Assembly (NCBI GenBank): GCA_030059665.1
Contig: JANVYR010000001.1
Location: 448,001 to 512,000, forward strand
Length of the DNA stretch: 64,000 bases
Source: Candidatus Calditenuis fumarioli
Lineage (GTDB): Archaea > Thermoproteota > Nitrososphaeria_A > Caldarchaeales > Calditenuaceae
Reading direction: 5' to 3'
Positions 9,339 through 18,980 of the stretch are shown here, piece after piece. The notes beneath the pieces are model-generated. The model made no database searches. It saw only the letters and a list, made by a program, of their open reading frames with translations, and was not told where the DNA came from. Each line of letters opens with the position of its first letter. Position 1 is the first letter of the stretch. The position numbers and the translations under genes were made by a program.

Positions 9339-11069
9339 ATGAGCAGGCGTGCGGAGATGCGGGCCTTAGCGACCTTCACGATCGCGGCGATGCTCCTGAC
9401 CGCGCTCCTAATGGTCCAGCTCGGATACGCCCAGACGACTGACCTGCAGCTCAAGGTGGTCGATTACAACGGCAACCCAGTCGGCAACGTCGAGGTCGTC
9501 CTGACCAACTCCACGCTCAGGAGGACCTTCAGGTCGACCAGCGCCGGCATCGCCACCTTCAGGGGCCTCTCACCCGGAGAGTACAACGTTCAGGTCTCGA
9601 TCGATGGGGTTCTGGTCGCGAACGAGACCGTCCGGGTCCCGCATGAGGGCGAGAGGATCGTGAGGCTTGCGGTTGCGTCCCTGGCGGTGAAGGTGCTCGA
9701 CGCAGAAGGGCGTGGAGCGAAGGGGGTGACCGTTCAGGTCAGGTCGTCCACCGGAAAGATCGAGCGCTCAGCGACCACCTCCGACGAGGGATCCTCAAGC
9801 TTCAGCAATTTGCCGCTCTCGACGCTGCGAGATGTTGGATCCTACAACGTCACCGTAAGGGTGATGAACGCGACGGTGCTGAGCGTCAACGTCGATCACG
9901 CTCCCCTCAACAGGACGCTGGAGCTGATAGCGCCGCTCGTGAGGTTGGGGTTCGAGGTGCTCGACCTCGGAGGGGAACCGGTAAACGACGTCGAGCTGAG
10001 GATCTCCGCCAGCGGGGTCCTCTTCTCCTCAACCGTCAGGGATGGCAAGGCGGCCTTCTCGGGCGTCCCCACGTCCTCTGTTGTCGGCTCCTATCAGGTC
10101 GTCGCTTCCAAGACTTACAGCGGCAGGAAGCTGACCGTTCTCTCCTCCACACTGAGCGTCTCGGAGTCGGTCAACACCACCCTTGTGGCGAACGTCGCCG
10201 ACCTCCAGGCGCTTCTCCTCGCGGACGGTGAAGACCCTGTCAGGGGAGCTGCGGTCACGGTCGTCTCGACCTCGGGTGTCAGGATTGCCACCGGGACCAC
10301 CGATGCGTCGGGAAGGGTCGTCTTCGAGGACCTCCCGGTAAGCTCGCTTACCGAGGTCGGGCCGCTCGAAGTCAGGGTCTCCCTCCAGGGCAAATCGTTG
10401 CTGAACAGCACCGTGCAGCTAACGGGCCCGATCGAGGACCTGAAGCTGGAACTCCGGAGAAGGGACGTCTCCATCAGGCTGGTCAAGCCCGACGGCTCGC
10501 CCCTCGAGGGAGCGACGATGGAGCTCACGGAACCCGGGACCAACAGGAAGGTCTCCGTCGGCACCGGCGCTGACGGGGTAGCGAGGTTCCGCGTCCTTCC
10601 GGTAAGGGCCCAGGTCAGCGTGCTCTACAAGGGCATCTTGGTCCACTCGGAAACCCTCGACTTCTCCTCCGCACCAGAGGCGTTGAGGGTCAACGGCGTC
10701 TCGATGCCAGTGAACCTCGAGTACCGGGACTGGACCGGTGCCCCGCTCAGGGGCCTCCGTGCGAGGGTCTGGTACGAGGGCCAGGAGCTTCCGGTCGAGG
10801 TCAGGGACGGCACCGTGAGCTTCGTGATGCCTGTGCGGGGAACGGCTATCGTTGAGGTCTCCCTCGGAGGACAGTTCCTGGAGCGGCGCGAGCTCAAGAT
10901 CGACGAACCCACGAACCTGACCATCTACGTCAGGGGCCTCCAGGTCGGCGGAGACGTCGTGCCTCCAGAGGTCATCGGAACCGCAGGGGCCGTCGCCCTC
11001 TCCGCGGTTCTCCTGGCGCTCGGCGTTCTGATCTACGTCAGGACCGTCAAGTCCCTGCGGAGGAGTTGA
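9339..11069 (+). CDS. Membrane-anchored surface protein with tandem carboxypeptidase-regulatory-like (prealbumin-fold) beta domains
   Basis: Signal peptide, about 6 repeats of the L.V.V.D..G.PV.G..V pattern, single C-terminal TM helix with basic tail. Confidence 0.7.
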   Translation: MSRRAEMRALATFTIAAMLLTALLMVQLGYAQTTDLQLKVVDYNGNPVGNVEVVLTNSTLRRTFRSTSAGIATFRGLSPGEYNVQVSIDGVLVANETVRVPHEGERIVRLAVASLAVKVLDAEGRGAKGVTVQVRSSTGKIERSATTSDEGSSSFSNLPLSTLRDVGSYNVTVRVMNATVLSVNVDHAPLNRTLELIAPLVRLGFEVLDLGGEPVNDVELRISASGVLFSSTVRDGKAAFSGVPTSSVVGSYQVVASKTYSGRKLTVLSSTLSVSESVNTTLVANVADLQALLLADGEDPVRGAAVTVVSTSGVRIATGTTDASGRVVFEDLPVSSLTEVGPLEVRVSLQGKSLLNSTVQLTGPIEDLKLELRRRDVSIRLVKPDGSPLEGATMELTEPGTNRKVSVGTGADGVARFRVLPVRAQVSVLYKGILVHSETLDFSSAPEALRVNGVSMPVNLEYRDWTGAPLRGLRARVWYEGQELPVEVRDGTVSFVMPVRGTAIVEVSLGGQFLERRELKIDEPTNLTIYVRGLQVGGDVVPPEVIGTAGAVALSAVLLALGVLIYVRTVKSLRRS

Positions 11070-11967
11070 GGACCTTCTCGTACAGCTCAAGGTACATTTT
11101 GCTAACGACGCGGTAATCGAACCGTCTCACCAGCTCCTTCCCCCTCCTCACCAACCTCTCCCTCTCGTCCTCGAGCCTCCTGAAGGCCTCCACCCAGCTT
11201 TCGACTGTGGGTTCGGTCAGAAGTAGCGCGTCCCTGAAGGGCGTGAAGGCGGGGAGCTCGTTCGCGATGACAGGGCAGCCGGAGGCCCAGGCTTCGAGCA
11301 TCACGCTCGGCATCCCCTCCCACACCGATGTTATCATGAGGCAAGTGGCCGACTTCATGTGGGATATCACGACCTCCCACGGAGCCAGCTCCTCCACCCC
11401 GAAGGCCTTGTACCTGACCCCGAGCCTCCTAACCACCGCTGAGAACAACCTGTAGTTCTTGATGGGATCGTTCCGGCCGACGAAGAGGACGTAGCTCTCG
11501 CCCGAGGGCCTGATCCGCTCGATCGCGCTCAGGTCCGTCATGTTGGGTATCCAGAGCCACCCGCGCCTCTCGGCCTCGAGCTTCATCACCGAGGTGTAAG
11601 CGGCCGTCTTCGACCTGAAGGCCCTGAGGCCGAGGTCCATCAGGTCCGTCAGCCGACCGTACTTCCGCCTGAACTCGGCCTCGCCGCCGTGAACAGTGAC
11701 GACCCCGCGCTCCGCGCCGAGGAGAGCCGGGAATAGCTTCGGCGAGTGCAGGTGGACTAGGTCGTATTTCCTCAGGAGAGGTGCCGAGAAAAGGGCGAGG
11801 GAGAGCGAGCCCGTCTTCGGGAGGCGGAGGTGTGGGACGTTGCCGGAGTGGAGCACCGAGACCTCGACCCCCAGCTCCCTCAGACCACGCTCCAGCAGCA
11901 TCACGTGCCGGCCCGATCCGCTGCCGCCGCCGTAGGTGTAGTTCACCAATGCGACCCTCAACCCCAA
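11047..11967 (-). CDS. Glycosyltransferase family 4
   Basis: [11 protein letters not shown] and [22 protein letters not shown] motifs. Confidence 0.9.
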   Translation of the reverse strand: MGLRVALVNYTYGGGSGSGRHVMLLERGLRELGVEVSVLHSGNVPHLRLPKTGSLSLALFSAPLLRKYDLVHLHSPKLFPALLGAERGVVTVHGGEAEFRRKYGRLTDLMDLGLRAFRSKTAAYTSVMKLEAERRGWLWIPNMTDLSAIERIRPSGESYVLFVGRNDPIKNYRLFSAVVRRLGVRYKAFGVEELAPWEVVISHMKSATCLMITSVWEGMPSVMLEAWASGCPVIANELPAFTPFRDALLLTEPTVESWVEAFRRLEDERERLVRRGKELVRRFDYRVVSKMYLELYEKVLNSSAGT

Positions 11968-12113
11968 CCTCTGCCCTCCGTTGCGTTCATGCCTCTACCC
12001 CTGGCATTGTGCCGTCGCCTGACATACCTGTGGTTCCACGGGCACGTAAACCGGTGTTTTCGGAGCGCCCGACGTCAAACGGTTTATCACTAAGGAAGAG
12101 AGCGGAGATCAGG

Positions 12114-12530
12114 ATGTCGGCGGAGGGAGGGACGCAGCAGGGGCAGAAGACGGTGTGGGGGATAGTCCACATCTACTCGTCCTACAACAACATACTGATC
12201 ACGGTCACCGACATCACCGGCAGCGAGACGATCGCGAAGGCCAGCGGGGGCATGTTCGTCACCGGAGGGAGGATGGAGGCCTCTCCGTACGCGGCGATGA
12301 GGGTGGCCAGCTACGTGATGGAGATAGCCAAGGCAAAGGGCATCAATGCGGTCCACATCCGGGTCAGGGCTCCAGGCGGTGTGAAGTCGAAGACTCCAGG
12401 GCCCGGAACGCAGGCTGCCATCAGGACCATCGCGAGGTCCGGTGTGATGATCGGCAGGATCGAGGACGTTACCCCGATACCGCACGACAGCGTCAGGAAG
12501 AAGGGAGGAAGGCGGGGAAGGAGGGTCTGA
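12114..12530 (+). CDS. rps11: 30S ribosomal protein S11
   Basis: [12 protein letters not shown]...SPYAAM...RAPGG..SKTPGPG...[24 protein letters not shown]. Start refined to ATG 12114. Confidence 0.97.
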   Translation: MSAEGGTQQGQKTVWGIVHIYSSYNNILITVTDITGSETIAKASGGMFVTGGRMEASPYAAMRVASYVMEIAKAKGINAVHIRVRAPGGVKSKTPGPGTQAAIRTIARSGVMIGRIEDVTPIPHDSVRKKGGRRGRRV

Positions 12531-12581
12531 CGAACTGGTTCTGTGCAAGCTAATATTGTCAGAGCCGGAAGTTCAAATGCG

Positions 12582-13076
12582 ATGGTACGGACTTTGCGAT
12601 TGGTGCTGATAGCGGTGGTTGTGATCGTCGTCGCGGCGGTCGGAGGGGCCCTTGCGATCGGTTCGCAGCCCGTCGCGGAGGACGTGGCGGTACGGGTCGG
12701 GTCCAAGACCGCCGGGATCTTCCTCAACCTCAGGAACAACGGCCTGCTACCCGACTGCGTAGTGGGAGTCGATGTGTACGGTGAGGGAAAGGAGGGCCGG
12801 GTCCAGCTGACGGCGGAGCTCCACACCACGGTGATGGAGGGGAACGTGATGAGGATGGTCAAGGTGGATCGCGTCTGCGTCGGCCCCCTATCGGTCGTCA
12901 AGATGAGGGGCGCTGAGGGCGAGGGCTACCACGTGATGGTCTTCGGCGACGTCGAGAAGGTTTCGGTCTTCCACGTCTACCTGAAGCTCGAGAGCGGGAA
13001 GGTCGTGCACTTCCACGTCATGGCCACTGAGGGCTCTCAGATGGGGGGCATGCACGAATCCCATAGCCACGGCTGA
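12582..13076 (+). CDS. Copper chaperone PCu(A)C
   Basis: N-terminal TM/signal, ELHTTVMEGNVMRM ... GYHVM metal motif, His/Met-rich tail. Confidence 0.85.
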   Translation: MVRTLRLVLIAVVVIVVAAVGGALAIGSQPVAEDVAVRVGSKTAGIFLNLRNNGLLPDCVVGVDVYGEGKEGRVQLTAELHTTVMEGNVMRMVKVDRVCVGPLSVVKMRGAEGEGYHVMVFGDVEKVSVFHVYLKLESGKVVHFHVMATEGSQMGGMHESHSHG

Positions 13077-13200
13077 TACCCGCCAGACCCTTTCATTTTT
13101 CCACCGATACGTTTGTCATCAGATCTCCGTCAGGCTAAGAGCGCGCAACAGGCACCAAGATCCCACCAGAATTGTTACCATCGCAAGAGGAGATAGAGAT

Positions 13201-13290
13201 GTGGTCCCGGGAGGGGGAGTGAGGGTTGTCACACAGGCAGTTTTAATGAGCCAAAGTGAAGCGGAACTGATCTCAGAGATAAAGGGTTTC
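13201..13290 (+). repeat. Decayed CRISPR-repeat-like pair
   Basis: GTGGTCCCGGGAGGGGGAGT (13201-13220) matches the first 20 nt of the array repeat at 17/20; a weaker copy CTGATCTCAGAGATAAAGGG starts 66 nt later (13267). Confidence 0.5.
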
Positions 13291-13387
13291 GTCTTCCATC
13301 CCGACTTCTATCCTGAGTTCACCCGGATCTTAGCGGGTGTGGAGCCTTAAATCTCGGCGGCACCAGTGGGCTCGAGGGTGATGTGCC

Positions 13388-15064
13388 CTCGCGAAGTGGA
13401 TAGTCTGCGGGGCCTGGCCGTACATCAACGCCGTGCCGCACCTCGGTACGCTTATAGGGTGTGAGCTTTCAGCGGACGTCTTCGCGAGGTACATGAGGTC
13501 GAAGGGCGACAAGGTCCTCTTCGTCAGCGGATCGGACGAGCACGGAACGCCGCTGGAGCTCCAGGCCATCAAGGAGGGCGTCAGGCCTGAGGAGCTGACC
13601 GACAGGATGCACGCGATCGTCAAGGAACTCTTCAACAGGTTCGACATATCATTCGACAACTACACAAGGACCCACTCCAGGACGCACATCGAGTTCGTCC
13701 AGCGCTTCTTCCTCGAGCTCTACCGGAAGGGATACGTCTTCAGGAGGACGATCGAGCAGCTCTACTGCGAACGCGACCGGATCTTCCTGCCGGACAGGTT
13801 CGTCGTCGGCGTCTGCCCCTACTGCGGCTACGAGAGGGCCAGGGGTGACCAGTGCGAGAACTGCGGAAGGGTCCTGGACCCGCTCGATCTGAGGATGCCG
13901 AGGTGCGCGGTCTGCGGCTCCGAGCCCGTCGTCCGGTCGACGGACCACTACTTCTTCGACCTGCCCGCATTCGAGGAGAGGATAAGGTCGTGGATCGCTT
14001 CCAACGACAGGTTCCCCGAGTCGGTGAGGAACTTCTCGATCGGGTGGATCGGCGAGGGCCTCAGGCCCAGGTCCATCACGAGGGACAACAGGTGGGGGAT
14101 ACCTGCGCCCTTCCCAGGTGCGGAGGGGAAGACGATATACGTCTGGTTCGAGGCGGTCCTGGGCTACATCACCGCGAGCATCGAGTGGGCCGAGCTCAAG
14201 GGCGAGCCCGAGCTGTGGAGGGAGTTCTGGTACGACAAGGAGGCGCGGAGCGTCTACTTCATCGGCAAGGACAACATCCCGTTCCACACCGTCATCCTCC
14301 CGGCGCTGCTGATGGCCTACGACGAGGAGCTGGTACTGCCCTGGAACGTGCTGGCGACGGAGTACCTCACCTTCGAGGGGAAGAAGTTCTCGAAGAGCGC
14401 TGGAGTCGGCATCTGGCTCGACGAGGCGCTGGAGATCCTCGGACCAGACTACTGGAGGTTCTATTTGGTGAAGATCAGGCCCGAGACCGCGGACTCCAAC
14501 TTCACGGCCGCCCACTTCAGGGACGTCATCAACGACGAGCTCAACGACATCCTCGGGAACTTCGTCCACAGGGTCCTGACCTTCGTTCACAGGCACTTCG
14601 AGGGCAAGGTCCCTGAGCCCGGAGAGCTGGATCCGCAGGACCTCGAGCTGCTGGAGGCGGTGAGGGGAACGGCGGAGGAGTTCGAGAGGGGCCTCGTCAC
14701 CAACAGGTTCAGGAGCTCGGTGAACGCCCTGCTTGAGCTGGCCAGGAGAGGGAACGTGTACCTGAACTCGAGGGAGCCCTGGAGGGTGGTGCGGTTAGAT
14801 CGGGCCTCTGCGTCGAGGACGATGTACGTCTCCACCCAGGTGGCCTACGCCGTCTCGGTCCTGCTGGAGCCCATCACCCCGAGGGCTTCGGAGGCTCTCA
14901 GGAGGACCTTCAACCTCCCACCGGAGATGTGGACGGTCAGGGCGTTACTCGAGGGAAAGCGCGTGGAGCCGGGTCATGCGATCACCCAGCCGTCCCCACC
15001 GTTCTCCCGCATGCCGGATCAGGTTTACGAGCTGATCAGGTCCAAGGGAGGACCCGCGGGCTGA
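13388..15064 (+). CDS. metG: Methionyl-tRNA synthetase (short form, no C-terminal EMAP domain); start codon uncertain
   Basis: AWPYINAVPHLGT (HIGH), SGSDEHG, Zn knuckles, YVWFEA, FIGKDNIPFH, KFSKS (KMSKS). The frame extends upstream of the tracked GTG 13433 to a stop at 13379-13381. Confidence 0.93.
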   Translation, partial: LAKWIVCGAWPYINAVPHLGTLIGCELSADVFARYMRSKGDKVLFVSGSDEHGTPLELQAIKEGVRPEELTDRMHAIVKELFNRFDISFDNYTRTHSRTHIEFVQRFFLELYRKGYVFRRTIEQLYCERDRIFLPDRFVVGVCPYCGYERARGDQCENCGRVLDPLDLRMPRCAVCGSEPVVRSTDHYFFDLPAFEERIRSWIASNDRFPESVRNFSIGWIGEGLRPRSITRDNRWGIPAPFPGAEGKTIYVWFEAVLGYITASIEWAELKGEPELWREFWYDKEARSVYFIGKDNIPFHTVILPALLMAYDEELVLPWNVLATEYLTFEGKKFSKSAGVGIWLDEALEILGPDYWRFYLVKIRPETADSNFTAAHFRDVINDELNDILGNFVHRVLTFVHRHFEGKVPEPGELDPQDLELLEAVRGTAEEFERGLVTNRFRSSVNALLELARRGNVYLNSREPWRVVRLDRASASRTMYVSTQVAYAVSVLLEPITPRASEALRRTFNLPPEMWTVRALLEGKRVEPGHAITQPSPPFSRMPDQVYELIRSKGGPAG

Positions 15065-15108
15065 GTCGTCTCATTACGTTTAAGTTCAGTCGCAATGCAG
15101 GTGGCCGC

Positions 15109-15714
15109 GTGAAGCGGTACGAGCTTCCCCAGCTTCCGTATGCCTACAACGCGCTGGAGCCCTACATCATCGAGGAGATAATGAGGCTGCACCACACGAA
15201 GCACCACCAGGCCTACGTCAACGGCGCCAACGCGGCCCTCGAGAAGATCGAGAAGGCCTCCAGGGGCGAGCTCCAGATCGACGTAAGGGCCGTGCTGAGG
15301 GACCTGAGCTTCAACCTCGACGGACACAAGCTCCACTCGATCTTCTGGCCCAACATGGCTCCCCCCGGAAAGGGAGGTGGTAAGCCCGGCGGTGCGATAG
15401 CCGACAAGATCAACGCTGAGTTCGGGAGCTTCGAGAACTTCAAGAAGCTCTTCAGCGACGCAGCGAAGACCGTCGAGGGCGTCGGCTGGGCCCTGCTGCT
15501 CTACGACCCGGAGGTGGACAGGCTCGTGCTGACGCAGATCGAGAAGCAGAACCTGATGCACCTGGCCGAGCTGCCGATATTGCTGGCGGTCGACGTCTGG
15601 GAGCACGCCTATTACCTCCAGTACAAGAACGACAGGGCGAGCTACGTCGACAACTGGTGGAACGTGGTCAACTGGGACGACGTCGAGAAGAGGTTCAGCA
15701 AGGTCAGGCGGTGA
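15109..15714 (+). CDS. sod: Fe/Mn superoxide dismutase
   Basis: LPYAYNALEP, HHTKHH, HSIFW, DVWEHAYY. Start refined to GTG 15109. Confidence 0.96.
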   Translation: MKRYELPQLPYAYNALEPYIIEEIMRLHHTKHHQAYVNGANAALEKIEKASRGELQIDVRAVLRDLSFNLDGHKLHSIFWPNMAPPGKGGGKPGGAIADKINAEFGSFENFKKLFSDAAKTVEGVGWALLLYDPEVDRLVLTQIEKQNLMHLAELPILLAVDVWEHAYYLQYKNDRASYVDNWWNVVNWDDVEKRFSKVRR

Positions 15715-15720
15715 ATCGGC

Positions 15721-16215
15721 TCAGCCGTACATCGACTTCGCGGCCGTCTCGTCCCTCGTCTTGACCGCTTTTATCAGCATCTCCAGGACCTCTGAAATGG
15801 CTTTCTGGTAGGCCAGCAGGGCCTTCGCTGCCTCGCTGAGCGTCACCATCCCCAGCAACCTGCCATCTAGGTCCACCACCGGAAGCCTCCTGAAGCCGTG
15901 ACTCAGCATCAGCGCCACCGCCTCCTCGATCGGCGAGTCCGGGCTGACCGCGATCACCGGGTAGCTCATCACCTCACCGACCTTCGTCTTAGAGTGGTCC
16001 AGTCCCGTCGCGAGCACCCTCACCACGAAGTCCCTCTCGGTCACTATCCCCACGAGCTTCCCGTCGCGCTCCACGAGGAGGCTTCCCACGCCCAACCGGT
16101 CCATCATGATGCATGCCTCCCGCACGGTCCTGTCGGCGCCGATCACGTTAATCGCCGGTATCATCACGTCCCTCACCCTTATCTTGGGGACCTCCTCCAC
16201 GCCTCCCAACCCCAT
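15721..16215 (-). CDS. Tandem CBS domain protein
   Basis: Two CBS repeats (VRDVM...GIVTERD; VGEVMS...GFRRLPVVD..G.LLGMVT). ATG 16215 overlaps the moaA stop. Confidence 0.85.
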   Translation of the reverse strand: MGLGGVEEVPKIRVRDVMIPAINVIGADRTVREACIMMDRLGVGSLLVERDGKLVGIVTERDFVVRVLATGLDHSKTKVGEVMSYPVIAVSPDSPIEEAVALMLSHGFRRLPVVDLDGRLLGMVTLSEAAKALLAYQKAISEVLEMLIKAVKTRDETAAKSMYG

Positions 16216-17228
16216 CACCCTCCGAAGGTGTACATCGGCCTGACGTGGGAAGGAACCCGATGCCGACGGAGGAGCGACTCCACGCCCTCGAACTTGTTCC
16301 AGAAGGCAGACCTGATGAAGGCCTCGATCTCCTCGTCCGTTGCCCCTCCCCTCAGCAGGGGCTTGAGGTCGTACTCGGCGGTGCTGAACATGCACGGAAC
16401 GAGCTTCCCGTCGGCCTTCAGCCTCACCCTGTCGCAGTCGGAGCAGAAGGGCCTTGTCATCGAGGTGATCACGCCTATCGTGCCGGGTGCGCCGTCAGCG
16501 AAGCGGTAGTTCACCGATGTTGACCCCGGCTCCCTCTCCAGCGGCACCAGCGCGTACCGCTCCTGAATGGTCCTGACGATCTCGTCGCCGCTCACGACAA
16601 GATCGGGCCTCCAGAGGCGCTCGCCGTCGAAGGGCATGTACTCGATGAACCGGACGCTGATCCCGGTCCTGCGGGCCAGTTCAGCGAAGTCGAGGACCTC
16701 GTCGTCGTTGCACCCACGGGTGATGACGACGTTCACCTTCACTGGCGAGAGCCCCACCTCAATGGCCCTCCTGATGCCCCTGACCACCTTCTCGAAGACG
16801 CCTGGAACCCCGACGATCTGCTCGTACCTCTCGGGCTTCAGGCTGTGAAGGCTCACCGTGACGCCGCTCAGCCCGGCCCGCTTGAGGCGCTCAGCCATCT
16901 CCTCGAGCAGGTAGCCGTTTGTCGTCATCGAGACGCTCTCGATCCCCTCGATCGACGAGAGGATCTCCACCAGCCTCTCTATCCCCCTCCTCATCAGCGG
17001 CTCGCCGCCGGTGAGCCGGACCTTGCTCACGCCCATCCTCGCGAAGATCCTCGCAACCCTCCCTATCTCCTCGAAGGTGAGGAGCTCGCTCCTGTCCAGC
17101 CACACGGGGTTCCTCGGCATGCAGAAGCTGCACCGGAAGTTGCAGCGATCGGTGACGGAGATCCTCAGCTTCCGCGCCACCCTCCCGAACCGGTCGATCA
17201 GCGGCGCCAGCTCACCCAGCCCGGACAC
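16215..17228 (-). CDS. moaA: GTP 3',8-cyclase MoaA
   Basis: LRISVTDRCNFRCSFCM, LTGGEP, CSDCDRVRL..DGKL.PC, C-terminal GG. Confidence 0.95.
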   Translation of the reverse strand: MSGLGELAPLIDRFGRVARKLRISVTDRCNFRCSFCMPRNPVWLDRSELLTFEEIGRVARIFARMGVSKVRLTGGEPLMRRGIERLVEILSSIEGIESVSMTTNGYLLEEMAERLKRAGLSGVTVSLHSLKPERYEQIVGVPGVFEKVVRGIRRAIEVGLSPVKVNVVITRGCNDDEVLDFAELARRTGISVRFIEYMPFDGERLWRPDLVVSGDEIVRTIQERYALVPLEREPGSTSVNYRFADGAPGTIGVITSMTRPFCSDCDRVRLKADGKLVPCMFSTAEYDLKPLLRGGATDEEIEAFIRSAFWNKFEGVESLLRRHRVPSHVRPMYTFGG

Positions 17229-17270
17229 CTCTGGCGTGAAACTCTCACAACATGTGATAAATCTGTGCTG

Positions 17271-17876
17271 TCAACGCTTCATGACGTCTATGCCGAGCCT
17301 CTCCCTCAACGCCTTCGCGATCTCGGCCCTGACCTCCCGCAGCTCGCCGTCCGCAGCTATCCTGATCATCTTGCCCTCACCGCAGAGCTCGAGGTAGACC
17401 GATCTGACCCGCTGGAGGACGTCGACGTCCTCGAAGGCCCGGAGCCTCGATGCCTTCTTCCTCCTGAGACCGGTGCTCGGGTCGACGTCGAGGTAGAGGG
17501 TCAGGTCCGGCATCGGACAGTGCCTGTTCAGGAGCTCGACCCAGGTCCTGTCGCCGGTGAGCGCACCCTGATACGCTATCGACGAGAAGAGGTAGCGGTC
17601 AGAGACGACGACGTACCCCGACCTCAGCTTGGGCTCCAGGAACCTCCTCACGTGGTAGAGCCTGTCGGCGGCGAAGAGCAGCGCGTCCATCTCTGGGCCA
17701 ACGCTCCCTCGCTCGATCATCCTCCTCAGCAGCCTCCCGACCGGCCCGTCCGTCGGCTCCCTAGTGTAGACCGCCCTGTAGCCTCGGCTCCTGAGCCTCC
17801 TCACCAGCCAGAGGGCGTTGACCGTCTTACCCGCGCCGTCGATCCCCTCGATTGCGATCAGGTAGCCCCGAGTCAT
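17271..17876 (-). CDS. tmk: Thymidylate kinase
   Basis: IEGIDGAGKT, TREP, LLFAADR, SDRY..SSIAYQ. Confidence 0.93.
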   Translation of the reverse strand: MTRGYLIAIEGIDGAGKTVNALWLVRRLRSRGYRAVYTREPTDGPVGRLLRRMIERGSVGPEMDALLFAADRLYHVRRFLEPKLRSGYVVVSDRYLFSSIAYQGALTGDRTWVELLNRHCPMPDLTLYLDVDPSTGLRRKKASRLRAFEDVDVLQRVRSVYLELCGEGKMIRIAADGELREVRAEIAKALRERLGIDVMKR

Positions 17877-18075
17877 CAGCGACTTCCCCAACCGGTTCTG
17901 ACGACCTCAACAATAAGGTGAGCTGCGGGTCGATCGCTCCGGTGGACGGGGTGCCGAGCAGGTAAGCCCAAGCGAGCGTCCGAGACCGTCGGCCTTCGAG
18001 CTCAAGGAGCTCCAGGTCGTGACGAACTGATGCGATGAAGCCCCTCTCAGTTTAAGAGCCTCCGATCAGAGGAAG

Positions 18076-18669
18076 ATGCGGATGGCGAGCATCCGCTTCG
18101 GTAAATTCGTGCTGCCCGGACAGAGGCTCGGGGTCGTCGAGGAGTACCTGCCCGGCTCGGGAGTGAAGGCGCTGAAGTCCGGCCACCTGATAGCGACCTT
18201 CGCAGGATACGCCGAGTTCGACGCGAGGAACCACGTGGTCTCCGTCAGGCCCATCAGGAGCGTCAGGAAGCCGGCGGTAGGAGACACGGTCCTCGCGATG
18301 GTGAGGGAGATACAGGAGAAGGTGATCTGGTCGGACATACTGACCATCGTCGGGTCCAAGCTGACCACCTCCTACAGCGGAGCCCTCCTCAGGAAGGGCC
18401 AGGGACTTGACTACGTTCCGGGAGACCTCTACCTCGCCAAGGTCGTGGACGACCTCAACGGGATATACACGCTCTCCGTCGAGGGGAAGGAGCTGGGTCT
18501 GGTCCAGGCCTTCTGCGACCTCTGCGGTCGGCCCCTCACGCTCAAGCTGAACCACCTGGAGTGCAGGGAGTGCAGGCGCGCCTACCGGAAGAAGATCTCT
18601 GTCCACTACCAGCGCCAGGATTGGCTTAAAAGCGTCCCGCTGGAGACGTGGGCGATGAGGGGGTCGTGA
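18076..18669 (+). CDS. csl4: Exosome complex RNA-binding protein Csl4
   Basis: VLPGQRLG..EEYLPG.G, S1 domain, C-terminal CxxC...CxxC ribbon followed by RKIS. Confidence 0.85.
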   Translation: MRMASIRFGKFVLPGQRLGVVEEYLPGSGVKALKSGHLIATFAGYAEFDARNHVVSVRPIRSVRKPAVGDTVLAMVREIQEKVIWSDILTIVGSKLTTSYSGALLRKGQGLDYVPGDLYLAKVVDDLNGIYTLSVEGKELGLVQAFCDLCGRPLTLKLNHLECRECRRAYRKKISVHYQRQDWLKSVPLETWAMRGS

Positions 18670-18676
18670 TACGCCG

Positions 18677-18976
18677 ATGAGGGCCACAGTGATCGAGCGG
18701 TCGCGAAATCACCTCGTTCTAGAGGTGGAGGGCTTCGACTTCAGCGTCCTCGACTCGCTGCAGGAGGTCCTGAACTCCATGGAGGAGGTCGAGTATGCCG
18801 GGACCTCGGTCGTCCATCCTCTGTTCCCTAAGCTGAGGTTCGTGCTGAGGGTGAAGGAGGGGCGCGATGTGACCGAGGTGCTCTTCGAGGGGATCCGCAG
18901 GCTGAAATCGACCGCGTCCGAGATGGTCGGCATCCTCTCCCAGGCGCTGTCCAAGACGCAGACCGCAAAGAGCTGA
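18677..18976 (+). CDS. rpoL: RNA polymerase subunit L (Rpo11)
   Basis: LEVEG.D.S....L...L...VEYAG..V.HPL; conserved adjacency to csl4. Confidence 0.85.
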   Translation: MRATVIERSRNHLVLEVEGFDFSVLDSLQEVLNSMEEVEYAGTSVVHPLFPKLRFVLRVKEGRDVTEVLFEGIRRLKSTASEMVGILSQALSKTQTAKS

Positions 18977-18980
18977 GGAT

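Noticed and set aside
13246-13350. 34-aa ORF MSQSEAELISEIKGFVFHPDFYPEFTRILAGVEP
   Set aside because: No recognisable motif, atypical codon usage, and it overlaps the second repeat-like copy; cannot be supported as a gene.
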